A DNA stretch of 64,000 nucleotides, taken from sequence record PZ496580.1. The stretch is one strand, 5' to 3'. Both the position numbers and the translations under genes were made by a program. The notes beneath the pieces were generated by a model that did no database searches, was not told where the DNA came from, and was given only the letters and a program-made list of their open reading frames with translations. Positions 1 to 9,667 of the stretch are shown one piece after another. The DNA is from a phage. Every line of letters begins with the position of its first letter. Position 1 is the stretch's first letter.

Positions 1-957
1 CTCGTCAATCAGAGACAGTTTATGTTCTGCTTGTGCTTTTTGTTCTCGTACAGCCTGATCATTACCTTGAATGATCGGTTGTGTGCACGTAGGACAGACC
101 CCGCCTTTCTCATGCATATGAATAACACGGTCAAAGTTCTGGATCTGCGCACCAATCTGTGCGATAGCCGTATTAATTTTAGCCAATGCCGCGCTAGGAT
201 CTTCCGGCATAACAACAGCCAATAGCTCATCGGTCAAGCGCGTTTCTTCGGCTTTAAATGCTTTAGCCGACTCTACCTCTTTATCATACATATTCTGTAA
301 ACGCTGGAGATTCTCGGCACTCGCCTTGCTAGCGTCTTCTATGTACTTTTTATGAGTGTTGATTTGTTGCTGAACGTGATTAGCTTTCATTTCCTGCATT
401 TGGATATTCTGGGTTATCTCGCGCACATACGCTTTATTCAGTTTATCCATTTCGCCTAGCGTAGCAATATCAAGCAAATCCTCGACCAGTTTACGGCGAC
501 CCGCTGCCGGAAGACTCATAAACGGAACATAACCAGCAGTGCCTAAAACAACGATCTGTTTGAAGCTGGCTAGGTTCATGCCTATGATACCTTCAAAATA
601 TTCCTGAAAGTCTTTGGTGCTTGCGCTCTCATCGATCTTTTGACCGTCGCGATGCACTTCGAATACTTCCGGCTTTTGTCCACGTTTAATATAAAATTCT
701 TTCCCGTCCAGTTCAAACCAGACTTCGACCAACAGTTTCTTTTTGTTGACGCTGTTAATCAATTGGCCTTTCTTGATACTACGAAACGGTTTACCGAACA
801 ACACAAAGCAAAGCGCCTCGATCATTGTTGATTTACCAGCACCGTTAACACCAGTGATTAGTGTCTTTTTGAATCCGTCTAGCTGAATCTCTACAGGTTC
901 AGCACCCACGCTCATTATATTTTGATAGCGCAAGGTTTTAAAATTTAACTTTGCCAT
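1..957 (-). CDS. 46: recombination endonuclease ATPase subunit gp46 (SbcC/Rad50-like), N-terminal part; gene continues beyond window start
   Basis: Minus-strand frame open from ATG at 957 to position 1; N-terminus MAKLNFKTLRYQNIMSVG...TLITGVNGAGKSTMIEALCFVLFGKPF closely parallels T4 gp46 N-terminus including Walker A GxGKST; not in ORF track because no stop in window. Confidence 0.85.
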   Translation of the reverse strand, partial: MAKLNFKTLRYQNIMSVGAEPVEIQLDGFKKTLITGVNGAGKSTMIEALCFVLFGKPFRSIKKGQLINSVNKKKLLVEVWFELDGKEFYIKRGQKPEVFEVHRDGQKIDESASTKDFQEYFEGIIGMNLASFKQIVVLGTAGYVPFMSLPAAGRRKLVEDLLDIATLGEMDKLNKAYVREITQNIQMQEMKANHVQQQINTHKKYIEDASKASAENLQRLQNMYDKEVESAKAFKAEETRLTDELLAVVMPEDPSAALAKINTAIAQIGAQIQNFDRVIHMHEKGGVCPTCTQPIIQGNDQAVREQKAQAEHKLSLIDE

Positions 958-1201
958 TAATCCACTCCGCAATCACACATTCCATAATATTAAATGCTAA
1001 CACATCTTCATCAATGTTGTAAACACTTGCCGCCTTCACTTTAACTAATGTGTCTCTGCGATCTGGCAACATGATAACATAATCCAGTGTCGCCGGATCA
1101 TATGTCATAAAGGGGTCAATATAAACCCCTTTATTCAATGCCAGATATTCGCGAAGACCTTCTATAACCCTGTGTCTAAGGTAGGTCATCGATAGAATCA
1201 T
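938..1201 (-). CDS. hypothetical protein (87 aa)
   Basis: ORF in co-directional array between genes 47 and 46; overlaps gene 46 start by 20 nt; start not verified. Confidence 0.4.
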   Translation of the reverse strand: MILSMTYLRHRVIEGLREYLALNKGVYIDPFMTYDPATLDYVIMLPDRRDTLVKVKAASVYNIDEDVLAFNIMECVIAEWINGKVKF

Positions 1202-1788
1202 TTTAGTTTATGTTCCTCTAAAAATTCTTCAATTTCACCTTGCAGGTCTTCCGCTTGCTGTTCCAGAATATCGCGAAATTCACCTACAGTCAAGCGGTAA
1301 TCACATTTCACCAGTCGATGCGGGAGAATATACCCTTTATACATTGTCTCTGACGCTTCCAGGAATACCCCGCTATGCATGACGGAGATCCAACCTGTTA
1401 ACGTCAATGGAGTATTCGGAAAATAATACTTGCTGGATTGTTTCCACTGGACGAAAGCACCATATACAATCGGATTATATTCACCAACCACACTCTTAAT
1501 AATGGATTCTACTTTGTCTTTTACAAATACGCCCATATCCATAGTGGTCATCAATTCTTGTGGATGAATCACTTTAAGGTAACGACGATAGTCATCATCA
1601 TAATACAGCTTAACTACTGGTTCACCCCACATAGACGAAATATTCGCTTTCAGATATCCATAAATCGGATTCTTATCATAGGATTGTTTTAGCGTGTAGG
1701 TATGCAACAGCGTAATAAAATGTCGCATTACCAGTTTATCTGGATCAACCGCGCCCATAGTCGTATTCATAATATGTTCCTTTCTCAA
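1198..1788 (-). CDS. hypothetical protein (196 aa)
   Basis: ORF with 4-nt stop/start overlap to neighbour; no motif recognised. Confidence 0.5.
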   Translation of the reverse strand: MRKEHIMNTTMGAVDPDKLVMRHFITLLHTYTLKQSYDKNPIYGYLKANISSMWGEPVVKLYYDDDYRRYLKVIHPQELMTTMDMGVFVKDKVESIIKSVVGEYNPIVYGAFVQWKQSSKYYFPNTPLTLTGWISVMHSGVFLEASETMYKGYILPHRLVKCDYRLTVGEFRDILEQQAEDLQGEIEEFLEEHKLK

Positions 1789-2068
1789 TTGCTTCTTGTT
1801 TCAGGTCTTCTAACATTTCATCAATAGCTTGTTTCAGCATATGACGCAGAGTAAAGTAGTAGTGTTCATCAAATTCTATTTCTCGACGGGGAATAGAACG
1901 GAACTTACATTTAACGACTGTATCAGTCATTCGTTTTTCGACCAACATACGCACTTCTTGATGTTCTTTAGAATACCAGACCATCACATGCATATCTTTA
2001 CGGCGAGCGAACATAGGCAAAGACGCATTAAACCATATTACCTTTTGTGCAAGTGTAAGGGTTTTCAT
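1745..2068 (-). CDS. hypothetical protein (107 aa)
   Basis: ORF in dense minus-strand array; start not verified. Confidence 0.45.
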   Translation of the reverse strand: MKTLTLAQKVIWFNASLPMFARRKDMHVMVWYSKEHQEVRMLVEKRMTDTVVKCKFRSIPRREIEFDEHYYFTLRHMLKQAIDEMLEDLKQEAIEKGTYYEYDYGRG

Positions 2069-2328
2069 AGTACAGACTCCATAGATCCACGCGCAATAAC
2101 ATTCTGGGTGATATCAGCAATCTTACGGGATACGATGTTTGTTAGCCCTTCTTTGGTGATATTTTCACGATCAAATGGGATTTCGTCATGAGTCCACAAA
2201 CCATAGTTAGATCGAAATGATAGCATATACTGACCATCTCGCACAACCTCAAATACATGGATCTTAGTGAATTTCGATAAACCTTCGTTGATTTCTTTCA
2301 GTGCATTAGTAATCATAACAACCTCCAA
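2065..2328 (-). CDS. hypothetical protein (87 aa)
   Basis: ORF with stop/start overlap to the downstream ORF. Confidence 0.45.
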   Translation of the reverse strand: MEVVMITNALKEINEGLSKFTKIHVFEVVRDGQYMLSFRSNYGLWTHDEIPFDRENITKEGLTNIVSRKIADITQNVIARGSMESVL

Positions 2329-2369
2329 TCAATTTTAGAGAGTATAACGGGGATTTCTCCCCGCGTCAA

Positions 2370-3404
2370 CTAACTTTTTGCGCTATTTACTTCGGCTAAA
2401 AGTTCATCAGAAATACGCTTGACCGCCGCAAGTTCTTCCGGTTCTAGGTTTTGTTCTTCCAGATATTCATAGACCATCTGAATAGTGCTTTTAACTTCAA
2501 TAACACCTGTTTCCTGTGATGCGCTACTCTCCAGTTTATGGACCACTTTTAGCTTGTGTACAACGGCCTCTAACGCGCTTTCTAACTTAGTTAACCCATT
2601 ATCAGCGACCGTTGCGATAAGACGCACACTAAGCCCCTTAAAGCGTTCTACATCGATTTTATCATCTGACGGGTAAGTGATACGCACATGATAAGTTTTG
2701 TCATTCTGAATAAACTCTTTTTTGTGTGTATCGGTATCGAATACCCAAAAACCACGCGGATCGTTTTCGTCACCCGCCGTTAGTGTGTATGGTGTACCGA
2801 TATACGTTACGTTACCCCCATCACTAATAGTATGAAAATGACCAGAAAACACTTCACGGTATTTCTTGAGGAAGTCCGCGCTATAACCTTCGGATTTTAG
2901 CCCTTTATAGAAATAGTAACCGGACAATTCCCAATGGCCTACACAATATTCGCTGAATGAGTTTTGAATAAACTCTAAAATCTCTGATTTATTGTCATCA
3001 CAAAACCACGGGAACAGATCAAATGATACACCATCAAAGGTAACTGTTTCTGGTTTATCAATAACCTTAATACAATCATACTGGCTTAACACTTCACGCG
3101 GTGCGTTAGGCTGGATCTTGTTTCGTTTAAACATATCATGATTCCCGACCGTGATATAACAAGTAATACCAGCCTCTTCCAGTAGCGGGATGATTTTCGT
3201 TCTATTAAAACGCATAGTTGCATGTGTGATTGCTTTTCGGCAATCAAACCAGTCCCCTGTCTGAATCCATGCCTTAATATTATGTTTTTTTGAATAATCG
3301 ACTGCCTTTTTAATAGTATCAAGAATATACTCATGTATCCACGGATCATCGTTGCCGATACCAGTATGCAGATCACCCAAAAGCAAAATTTTCATATTAT
3401 ACAT
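2370..3404 (-). CDS. 47: recombination endonuclease nuclease subunit gp47 (Mre11/SbcD-like metallophosphatase)
   Basis: Phosphoesterase motifs GDLH, GDWFD, GNHD; length 344 aa vs about 339 in T4; adjacent to gene 46 as in T4; start may be second ATG at 3395 (MKILLLGDLH). Confidence 0.85.
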   Translation of the reverse strand: MYNMKILLLGDLHTGIGNDDPWIHEYILDTIKKAVDYSKKHNIKAWIQTGDWFDCRKAITHATMRFNRTKIIPLLEEAGITCYITVGNHDMFKRNKIQPNAPREVLSQYDCIKVIDKPETVTFDGVSFDLFPWFCDDNKSEILEFIQNSFSEYCVGHWELSGYYFYKGLKSEGYSADFLKKYREVFSGHFHTISDGGNVTYIGTPYTLTAGDENDPRGFWVFDTDTHKKEFIQNDKTYHVRITYPSDDKIDVERFKGLSVRLIATVADNGLTKLESALEAVVHKLKVVHKLESSASQETGVIEVKSTIQMVYEYLEEQNLEPEELAAVKRISDELLAEVNSAKS

Positions 3405-3410
3405 AATCTC

Positions 3411-3965
3411 CTAAAAATTTTTAACACCATATTCACCAAAATAAAGATCAACCGCTTTGTCATAAGCTCTGGCCGCATCTTCTTCGTTGACATAATACCC
3501 AAGAGATATTAGTTTATCATTATTTCGTATTCTTGCAACCCATTTCTTCGTATGTTTATGCCAGCTAACCCCTTTATACTTGCTTGCTTTATTCTTGTAC
3601 TTTCCAACGTTACAAGCATTTTTCTTTGCGTCGGACTCTCTAAGATTGCGCGGTGCGTTGTTTAAAGGATTTCGGTCTATATGATCTATAATTTCTGGTT
3701 GTGTTCCATGCTCAAGAAACCATACAATACGATGTACATATGGCTTTAAAACCCTCCCATTATCCATAACAATTGCAATTTGGAGATGATCCTGACTTTT
3801 AAAAGTTTTTACTTTATCTCCTGCCTTATAAAACTTTCCTTCGTAATTCTTTCCTCCGGCTCGGCTATTCTTTAAATGATAAAGAATACCATCGTCGTCA
3901 TGTCTATATCTTTCTCGTATAATTCGTTGCGTTTCTTCATCCCACAATTTGGAACGTCTACTCAT
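3411..3965 (-). CDS. HNH homing endonuclease with AP2 DNA-binding domain
   Basis: HNH motif HIDRNPLNNAPRNL; C-terminal AP2-like YKGVSWHKHTKKWVARI...LGYY...EEDAARAYDKA; ATG at 3965; sits between genes 47 and 55 where T4 carries a-gt. Confidence 0.75.
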   Translation of the reverse strand: MSRRSKLWDEETQRIIRERYRHDDDGILYHLKNSRAGGKNYEGKFYKAGDKVKTFKSQDHLQIAIVMDNGRVLKPYVHRIVWFLEHGTQPEIIDHIDRNPLNNAPRNLRESDAKKNACNVGKYKNKASKYKGVSWHKHTKKWVARIRNNDKLISLGYYVNEEDAARAYDKAVDLYFGEYGVKNF

Positions 3966-4007
3966 AGTCTCTTCCTCTCTTCGTTTTCGATGCTCTCACT
4001 ATATCAC

Positions 4008-4033
4008 AGAAAAATAAAAAGGGAAACCCCTTT
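4008..4033 (-). terminator. rho-independent terminator-like hairpin
   Basis: Stem 4018-4023/4028-4033 (aaaggg/cccttt) followed on minus strand by U-run from 4010-4017. Confidence 0.45.
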
Positions 4034-4055
4034 CAGAGTCTCCCTTATAAAGCCA

Positions 4056-4343
4056 TTACAGCATACTTAATACCGTTTGCCGTGTACTAACCCACATAGC
4101 AGAAAGCAGTTCTGGCGTGTGTGGCTGTTTGTAGATATCACGTAATTTTCCGATAGCGTAGATATACGCATCACGGTTATCATCGATGATAGCTTGTTCA
4201 GCCCACCTCTTAAGGCGTGCAATCTCTCGCGAGTTCTTACGCAAGATCTTTTCCGCTTTCTTAGCGGCTTTCGCCTCTAGTTCTGCTTGTACTTTGTCTA
4301 CTTCATTCACTACAATCTGGTCATGTTGTTCATCGTAAGTCAT
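4056..4343 (-). CDS. hypothetical protein (95 aa), coiled-coil rich
   Basis: ORF; followed on minus strand by hairpin plus U-run terminator at 4008-4033. Confidence 0.45.
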   Translation of the reverse strand: MTYDEQHDQIVVNEVDKVQAELEAKAAKKAEKILRKNSREIARLKRWAEQAIIDDNRDAYIYAIGKLRDIYKQPHTPELLSAMWVSTRQTVLSML

Positions 4344-4344
4344 A

Positions 4345-4578
4345 TTATTTTCCTTCTGGGATATAGTCGATGATTAAAGAAAATTCATCTTCTGATACAT
4401 TATAGCTATGTGAGATTGTACCCGTAAAGACCTCAAGGTCCGGTGATTTGATATTGCACGGATCGATAATCACCGGAACGCCGCAATCTCTCAAAAATAA
4501 TTTGGCGAAATACGGCACAAGGTCAGTTTCAAACTCTGCTTCTTCCAGCAAACGGGAAATGTTAATTTTCAATCTCAT
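4345..4578 (-). CDS. hypothetical protein (77 aa)
   Basis: ORF overlapping gene 55 3' end by 17 nt. Confidence 0.4.
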   Translation of the reverse strand: MRLKINISRLLEEAEFETDLVPYFAKLFLRDCGVPVIIDPCNIKSPDLEVFTGTISHSYNVSEDEFSLIIDYIPEGK

Positions 4579-5095
4579 AAAATTGGTCCAGGCTAGGCAA
4601 TTCCTCGGTCAATACATCTTCAACCTTTGGCGCTTTCGGTTTATTGACCGATTCCTCGTAGTTGTTGATTTTATCGTAAATGTCCTGTATGAATGCCTCA
4701 TCCGCAATCTGGCACATATCAGCGTCGCGTTCGTCATATACATGATGCACAAAATATTTGTATTTTGCGGCGGTTGCTGTTCTTTCTTTTTTAATGCGCT
4801 GTACAAAGGCATTAAAGCACGCTTGCGTAATGTAAGCATGAGGATTTTTATACTTTGTCTCGTCAAAATTAATCAAACCCTTGACCGCCGCTTCGATTCC
4901 ATCGTCGATCATTTCTTCGCGCCACGTTTGACTATAGCCAGAAAAGTTAAAACGCCGTGATAGATTTTTAGAGATTTGCATAATTGCTAGGCCGATTTGG
5001 TCGCTCATTGGCACTTGTCGACCTTCGGCTGCAATTCGTTGTTTCCAACGGCAAATTTCTTCGTAAAGCTCTTTATTGTTTACATAATCAGACAC
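4562..5095 (-). CDS. 55: late-transcription sigma factor gp55
   Basis: YVNNKEL...IGLAIM...[10 protein letters not shown]...[23 protein letters not shown]...FIQDIYDK nearly collinear with T4 gp55; GTG start at 5095 with GAGGG Shine-Dalgarno. Confidence 0.9.
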   Translation of the reverse strand: MSDYVNNKELYEEICRWKQRIAAEGRQVPMSDQIGLAIMQISKNLSRRFNFSGYSQTWREEMIDDGIEAAVKGLINFDETKYKNPHAYITQACFNAFVQRIKKERTATAAKYKYFVHHVYDERDADMCQIADEAFIQDIYDKINNYEESVNKPKAPKVEDVLTEELPSLDQFYEIEN

Positions 5096-5135
5096 TTCGC
5101 ACCCTCGCTATTATTTAGGAAATAACCCTTTCGGG

Positions 5136-6605
5136 CTATTCCCCATTACCATTATACTTTCTTTGCTTAGTTATCCACACTCTAACCATCTCTACAGATT
5201 CGCCGTCAGACGGATCAAGAGTTTTTCCTTTTTTCTTCATGCGGTACTTAAATCCGTTAAATCTTGCATTCTCTTGCTCGTTAAAGTCGAACATCTTTTT
5301 AAATGATTTTCGCCCTTTACGCTCACCGCATTCTAGAGGAATCATTCGGTCTGTTATTACATTGGCATTAGGTAGAAACGTTTTTAGATAATCTACCAAC
5401 GCCCAATCAGGAACATATAGATTAACATTCTCCTTGCTCTCGTTGTCTCTCAGGTTACAACGCAAACATAATTGAAATGCTGGTTCCAGATAATCAGACA
5501 CATGACGCGCTTTCAAAAACTCGTTTGTTGGGAGATCGCAACTATTAGCAAGACCTTTTAAAATATCAATCTCCCATCGTTGAGGGTTAAAGCTGAACAT
5601 CACAGCAACATTTTTATGATGAATGTAAGAGTTAAGACCATAAGATCCGTAAGGTATCCGCTCACCAATACCATTTGTGCACGCTTCTCGGTCCCGATTC
5701 ACGGTATAAATGAAGTCATCACCACATTCATTTTTAACCATATCAACAAGACGTTCAAAGGTATTGTTTGTTTCTGACTGGTGACGCGACCATCGTTCAG
5801 AGTCCGTCATAAGGATGATATTAACTCTATCTGTATTTTTATACTCTTTGAAATATAGTCTGGATTCTAGCGCACTCGGAACAAAATCACAATTTGCATA
5901 GTATCGTAGATACTTCCCACTATATGTATCAAAGAGATTTGCACATGCTATCGTAACCTTTTTAAAGTCTCCCCACGTACCGTGTTTGTTATCGTTCAAG
6001 AAAACAATTTTCGACCCATTCTTCCGGTGGCCTTCGTTATGTTTTACCATAACGTTGATTTTCTTCTCTAATAACGCCTCATAAAGCCCTCTAAGAGAAG
6101 AATCGATCATATCAGTACCATCCTTTGCACTTTCTATCTTTTCTTTGATAGCGGCCTTCTCAGAGTCTTTTAGAACTAAGTTCTGTAGGCATTCCGATTC
6201 GTCGGCGATTGGTTCGCAATGCTTCGTGATAAGTTCAAGATTAGACTTAAACGGATACTCATTAAATTCAACCAGTTGAGGAACTTCATCAATGTAAAGA
6301 GCATAATCACCAAACATTTTTGAACGTTCCATATTAGATAACGCTGTATGTGTAATGAATATCACATCAGCACCATCTTTAACTGATTGCATTATCGACG
6401 CTTGCACTGTCTTAAGGCTTCTTAGTCTTGTGCTATCAATCAAGACAGCACGACCGCCCATTCTTTTAAACTTATTGTAAGATTGTTCACTTAAAACACG
6501 AGATGGCGAAGCAATAACCGCTTTTTCTTTTGTCTCTAGGACGTGGGAAAGTATAGCATCAGTTTTCCCCGCCGCTGGCAATGCGATTAATGTTTCAATC
6601 TTCAT
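5136..6605 (-). CDS. P-loop NTPase, helicase-like N-terminal domain (489 aa), function unknown
   Basis: Walker A LPAAGKT, helicase motif Ia-like SPSRVLSEQ, Walker B LYIDEV; C-terminal Cys cluster CLRCN; ATG at 6605 overlaps stop of upstream ORF (TAATG). Confidence 0.6.
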   Translation of the reverse strand: MKIETLIALPAAGKTDAILSHVLETKEKAVIASPSRVLSEQSYNKFKRMGGRAVLIDSTRLRSLKTVQASIMQSVKDGADVIFITHTALSNMERSKMFGDYALYIDEVPQLVEFNEYPFKSNLELITKHCEPIADESECLQNLVLKDSEKAAIKEKIESAKDGTDMIDSSLRGLYEALLEKKINVMVKHNEGHRKNGSKIVFLNDNKHGTWGDFKKVTIACANLFDTYSGKYLRYYANCDFVPSALESRLYFKEYKNTDRVNIILMTDSERWSRHQSETNNTFERLVDMVKNECGDDFIYTVNRDREACTNGIGERIPYGSYGLNSYIHHKNVAVMFSFNPQRWEIDILKGLANSCDLPTNEFLKARHVSDYLEPAFQLCLRCNLRDNESKENVNLYVPDWALVDYLKTFLPNANVITDRMIPLECGERKGRKSFKKMFDFNEQENARFNGFKYRMKKKGKTLDPSDGESVEMVRVWITKQRKYNGNGE

Positions 6606-6910
6606 TAGAAACCCTTACGTCGTGCTTTCTGACATTTCTTGATCATTTTATCAGAAATTTCGCGCTTCGGTGCAATCTCTTTCACACCGAAAGCACTAAT
6701 GCCAAATTCAGAGAGAATATATTCAACCAACAATTCACGCACACGCGCTTTACCGATATTCACGCCGTTATTTTTCAGATATGTCTGGCCTTCGACTTGC
6801 ATCAGATCTAAATCCGCGTCGGTAATATTGATTTCTTCCATGCGCCCAAATCGAGAATAAACCATGTGTGCGATTGCATTGTGTACTAACATAATATATT
6901 CCTCACTCAA
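6605..6910 (-). CDS. hypothetical protein (101 aa)
   Basis: ORF translationally coupled to the downstream NTPase gene. Confidence 0.45.
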   Translation of the reverse strand: MSEEYIMLVHNAIAHMVYSRFGRMEEINITDADLDLMQVEGQTYLKNNGVNIGKARVRELLVEYILSEFGISAFGVKEIAPKREISDKMIKKCQKARRKGF

Positions 6911-6913
6911 GAA

Positions 6914-7072
6914 TTACTTAATGATACTTACTTTACCAGATCCGTGACAATGAGCGCAACACCCATCACCACGCAATCCTGTTCCGTTACAGTGTTTACA
7001 CGTCTTCAACGGTAAAGCCATTATAGCAAATAAAGCAATAATGAACACCGAAACTAAATTCTCAATAATCAT
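6914..7072 (-). CDS. small membrane-anchored protein with DnaJ-type zinc finger (52 aa)
   Basis: Hand-translated: MIIENLVSVFIIALFAIMALPLKTCKHCNGTGLRGDGCCAHCHGSGKVSIIK; hydrophobic N-terminus then two CxxCxGxG repeats; GAGGG 6 nt upstream of ATG; under 60 aa so absent from track. Confidence 0.4.
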   Translation of the reverse strand: MIIENLVSVFIIALFAIMALPLKTCKHCNGTGLRGDGCCAHCHGSGKVSIIK

Positions 7073-7331
7073 AAATCGCCCTCAGTTCTTTATAGCCTCC
7101 AATGTGCTCGTTGTCAATGAATATCTGGGGGTATACAAATCGGAGGCTCTTTGAGTTCAGCCTCCCCGCCAGTTCTTCAATCATATCACGGTCGGGAATA
7201 ATGTCAACCCCAACCTGCTTGAATACTGGTTTAAGTGTATACGGAATACCCAGATCATCCAGTAGCTTCATTGCACTAATACAACCATAACAATGATAAG
7301 CCTCTTTCGGTATACCGTATATCTCGATCAT
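7062..7331 (-). CDS. nrdH: glutaredoxin-like redoxin (NrdH/Grx family)
   Basis: CYGC active-site motif near N-terminus, about 89 aa, next to anaerobic RNR genes; ATG at 7331. Confidence 0.65.
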   Translation of the reverse strand: MIEIYGIPKEAYHCYGCISAMKLLDDLGIPYTLKPVFKQVGVDIIPDRDMIEELAGRLNSKSLRFVYPQIFIDNEHIGGYKELRAIYDY

Positions 7332-7834
7332 TTCTCAGCCTTTAATCTTTCTAGTTCTTCTTCCAGTTCCTTAATGCGCTTCTCGCGTTCAATATCACGT
7401 TGGATCTTAGTGGCGAATACTCGTTTAAACTGACTATAGTCATCAATTTTAAATACTTCCTCTTCACCATATCGACGTACAGAAACTTCGTAGTTGTTGA
7501 AAAATTGTTCCAACATTGCATCAGTGGTCAGTTCTGCCGATACCACTTTAAAATGACGTTCTTCTGATTGCAAAAACCAGTTGTGCGCGTATTCCCGTAC
7601 ATCATCAACATTGCGGCAGGTGTATACCGTGCCATCAATTTCAATCGCAGAAACATAATCATCATCCGATGCATGGTGATCAAATGCAATAACTTTAAAT
7701 GGACGGTCGCCGATAAACTCTGCTATTGCATCATTTGCAACGCTAAAGTTTGCAAAATCTTTTCTCGTTTTCTTATCTTTCCACTGATAGGTCACGCCAG
7801 CAACAAACATATTACCATCCTCGCTCTTTACCAA
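7328..7834 (-). CDS. paralog-family protein (family A; beta-rich domain plus C-terminal coiled coil)
   Basis: Shares GxTYxWKD...GxRPFKV...IEIDG...WF...F unit with ORFs at 7812, 8649, 9118, 14038; charged coiled-coil tail. Confidence 0.55.
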   Translation of the reverse strand: MVKSEDGNMFVAGVTYQWKDKKTRKDFANFSVANDAIAEFIGDRPFKVIAFDHHASDDDYVSAIEIDGTVYTCRNVDDVREYAHNWFLQSEERHFKVVSAELTTDAMLEQFFNNYEVSVRRYGEEEVFKIDDYSQFKRVFATKIQRDIEREKRIKELEEELERLKAEK

Positions 7835-8636
7835 TCAAAAATTCAACTTCACGACGTTTAATGTCTTCTTGAAGGTCTTTAATCTTCTGTCGATCTTGCA
7901 TGATTTCGTCCATCTTGTCAAGTGCTGCAATGAAATCATCGAAACGTTCAAAGGTTTTACCTTCATTTGCTTCGCTAAATTTAACCATAGTCAGACCGTA
8001 ACGACTACTAAACAGACGTTTCAACTGTCCAACGATCTTAGAATCAGTGGTTATAACTTCCAATTCTTCTACTTCTTGAAAGAATTTTCTATCAGAATCA
8101 ATAAACCAGCTAGTTCCTTTATGGTCTCTATCTCCGGTTGCGCTCATTAGAGTATGGTCTTTACCATCAATTTCAATTACATCAATTTGCCCACATGGAC
8201 TAACATTTTTAACAGTAAAAGGTCTATAATTTATTGCTCGTGCAATAACATAATTAAGGTTAGATACGTTTTCAGCATAATGGCAGAAGTCGGTCATAGC
8301 CTTCGCATCTTTCCAAGTATAAGTTTTACCAACTTCCCATTTCTGGGGAACTTCTTCAACTTCACGAAAGAATTTTCTATCGAATGGACTAAAGAAATAT
8401 GTTGCAGTCCAAATGTCTTTTCCTGTAGCAGTTTTCGCCGTATGATAAACACCGTCTAGCTCTATTGCATTAATCCAACCGTTACCCTCGATCTCGATGA
8501 TGGTAAATGGCTTGTCACCAATAGCTGCACTAATATCGCTGTTAAGTGGAGAAAGAACACCTTCTCCGTTAGTAATAAACTCAGTTTTAGCGTTTTCATC
8601 TTTCCAAGTGTAAGTTTTACCAATTTCCCATTTCAT
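7812..8636 (-). CDS. paralog-family protein, two tandem family-A domains plus coiled-coil tail
   Basis: Internal duplication KWEIGKTYTWKDENAKTEF... and KWEVGKTYTWKDAKAMTDF..., each ending FDRKFF.EVEE. Confidence 0.6.
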   Translation of the reverse strand: MKWEIGKTYTWKDENAKTEFITNGEGVLSPLNSDISAAIGDKPFTIIEIEGNGWINAIELDGVYHTAKTATGKDIWTATYFFSPFDRKFFREVEEVPQKWEVGKTYTWKDAKAMTDFCHYAENVSNLNYVIARAINYRPFTVKNVSPCGQIDVIEIDGKDHTLMSATGDRDHKGTSWFIDSDRKFFQEVEELEVITTDSKIVGQLKRLFSSRYGLTMVKFSEANEGKTFERFDDFIAALDKMDEIMQDRQKIKDLQEDIKRREVEFLIGKERGW

Positions 8637-8648
8637 AATATATTCCCC

Positions 8649-9128
8649 TTAACCGATTTTATCAAGTTCGTTTAATGCTTTCTCTGCTTCCTGTATAGCT
8701 TGCACCCTTTCCGGCATTTTGTCAAGAAAATCTTTCAACTCTTCAAAACTGGAGATATGACGCAAGGCATTAGCACCGATAGCCGCATGTGATTTGCATT
8801 CAAAGCGAATTTTATAATTATCCATCGCCAACTTGAGAAGATCAATTAGTTTAGATTCTTCTGGAATAATAATTTCTTCAAATCTGCTACGGTCGTGATC
8901 CAGAAACCAACAAGATAGACCTACATCGGTTGAACTCATATAAGTTCCATCATGAAGATATACAGATCGCACGTATCCTTTTTTCGCATCAACCGACGCA
9001 ACTTTAAACGGTAATCTCAGATATTTCAAATAATCAACATCATACCATTTAAAAAATTGGTTTGCATCTTTTACATCTTTCCACGCATAGGTCTTACCAG
9101 CTTCCCATTTCATAATATCATCTCTCAT
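8649..9128 (-). CDS. paralog-family protein (family A)
   Basis: N-terminus MKWEAGKTYAWKDVKD...; WFLDHDRSRFEE; C-terminal helical tail. Confidence 0.55.
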   Translation of the reverse strand: MRDDIMKWEAGKTYAWKDVKDANQFFKWYDVDYLKYLRLPFKVASVDAKKGYVRSVYLHDGTYMSSTDVGLSCWFLDHDRSRFEEIIIPEESKLIDLLKLAMDNYKIRFECKSHAAIGANALRHISSFEELKDFLDKMPERVQAIQEAEKALNELDKIG

Positions 9129-9666
9129 TTTTGATACGTGATTCTAATTGGATCATACGGTCGCGCGTTTGCTTGTATTCGCGGATAGCACCGATACGGC
9201 TAGGCATACCATTTAGAACGCTCTTAATACCTTCTAGGGTAGTAATTTTAGCAATGCTATTATGTAACCCCATCTTATCGATTAACTGAATATCGTAGGC
9301 TTCCATAAGCAGACCCAGACGTTCTAAGGTTAAATCTTGTTCTTTATCTTCTTCCTTTTCTTCCGGTTCTGGGATTTCTTTGTTAATAGTAGCTTCGGTA
9401 AAGAAACGACGCTCACCTGCCCAAAACCACACACCGGAAAAGCCAATAGGGGATTCTTTTAACGTCATAGAGTCGTAACCACTGCCGATAATAGTAATTT
9501 CTCTAACATCACCATCATCGTCAATGTCTTCTACCCTAAACGGGCGACCAGCCAACAAGTCCACAATACATCTGTTAATAGACGACGAAAATTTAGTCAG
9601 TTCGGCTTTCGACGCTTCGCATTCAATCTTGTAAGTTTTACCAACTTCCCATTCCATAATAATCAC
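9118..9666 (-). CDS. paralog-family protein (family A)
   Basis: MEWEVGKTYK...GRPFRVEDI...WFWAGERRFFTE; acidic linker and coiled-coil tail. Confidence 0.55.
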   Translation of the reverse strand: MIIMEWEVGKTYKIECEASKAELTKFSSSINRCIVDLLAGRPFRVEDIDDDGDVREITIIGSGYDSMTLKESPIGFSGVWFWAGERRFFTEATINKEIPEPEEKEEDKEQDLTLERLGLLMEAYDIQLIDKMGLHNSIAKITTLEGIKSVLNGMPSRIGAIREYKQTRDRMIQLESRIKNER

Positions 9667-9667
9667 C

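Noticed and set aside
22-831. Plus-strand ORFs 22-225 and 640-831, and minus ORF 9-230
   Set aside because: They lie inside, and antisense or out of frame to, the gene 46 reading frame, whose translation matches T4 gp46 well; taken as chance open frames.
3086-3376. Minus-strand ORF 3086-3376 inside gene 47
   Set aside because: Alternative frame within a gene carrying clear metallophosphatase motifs.
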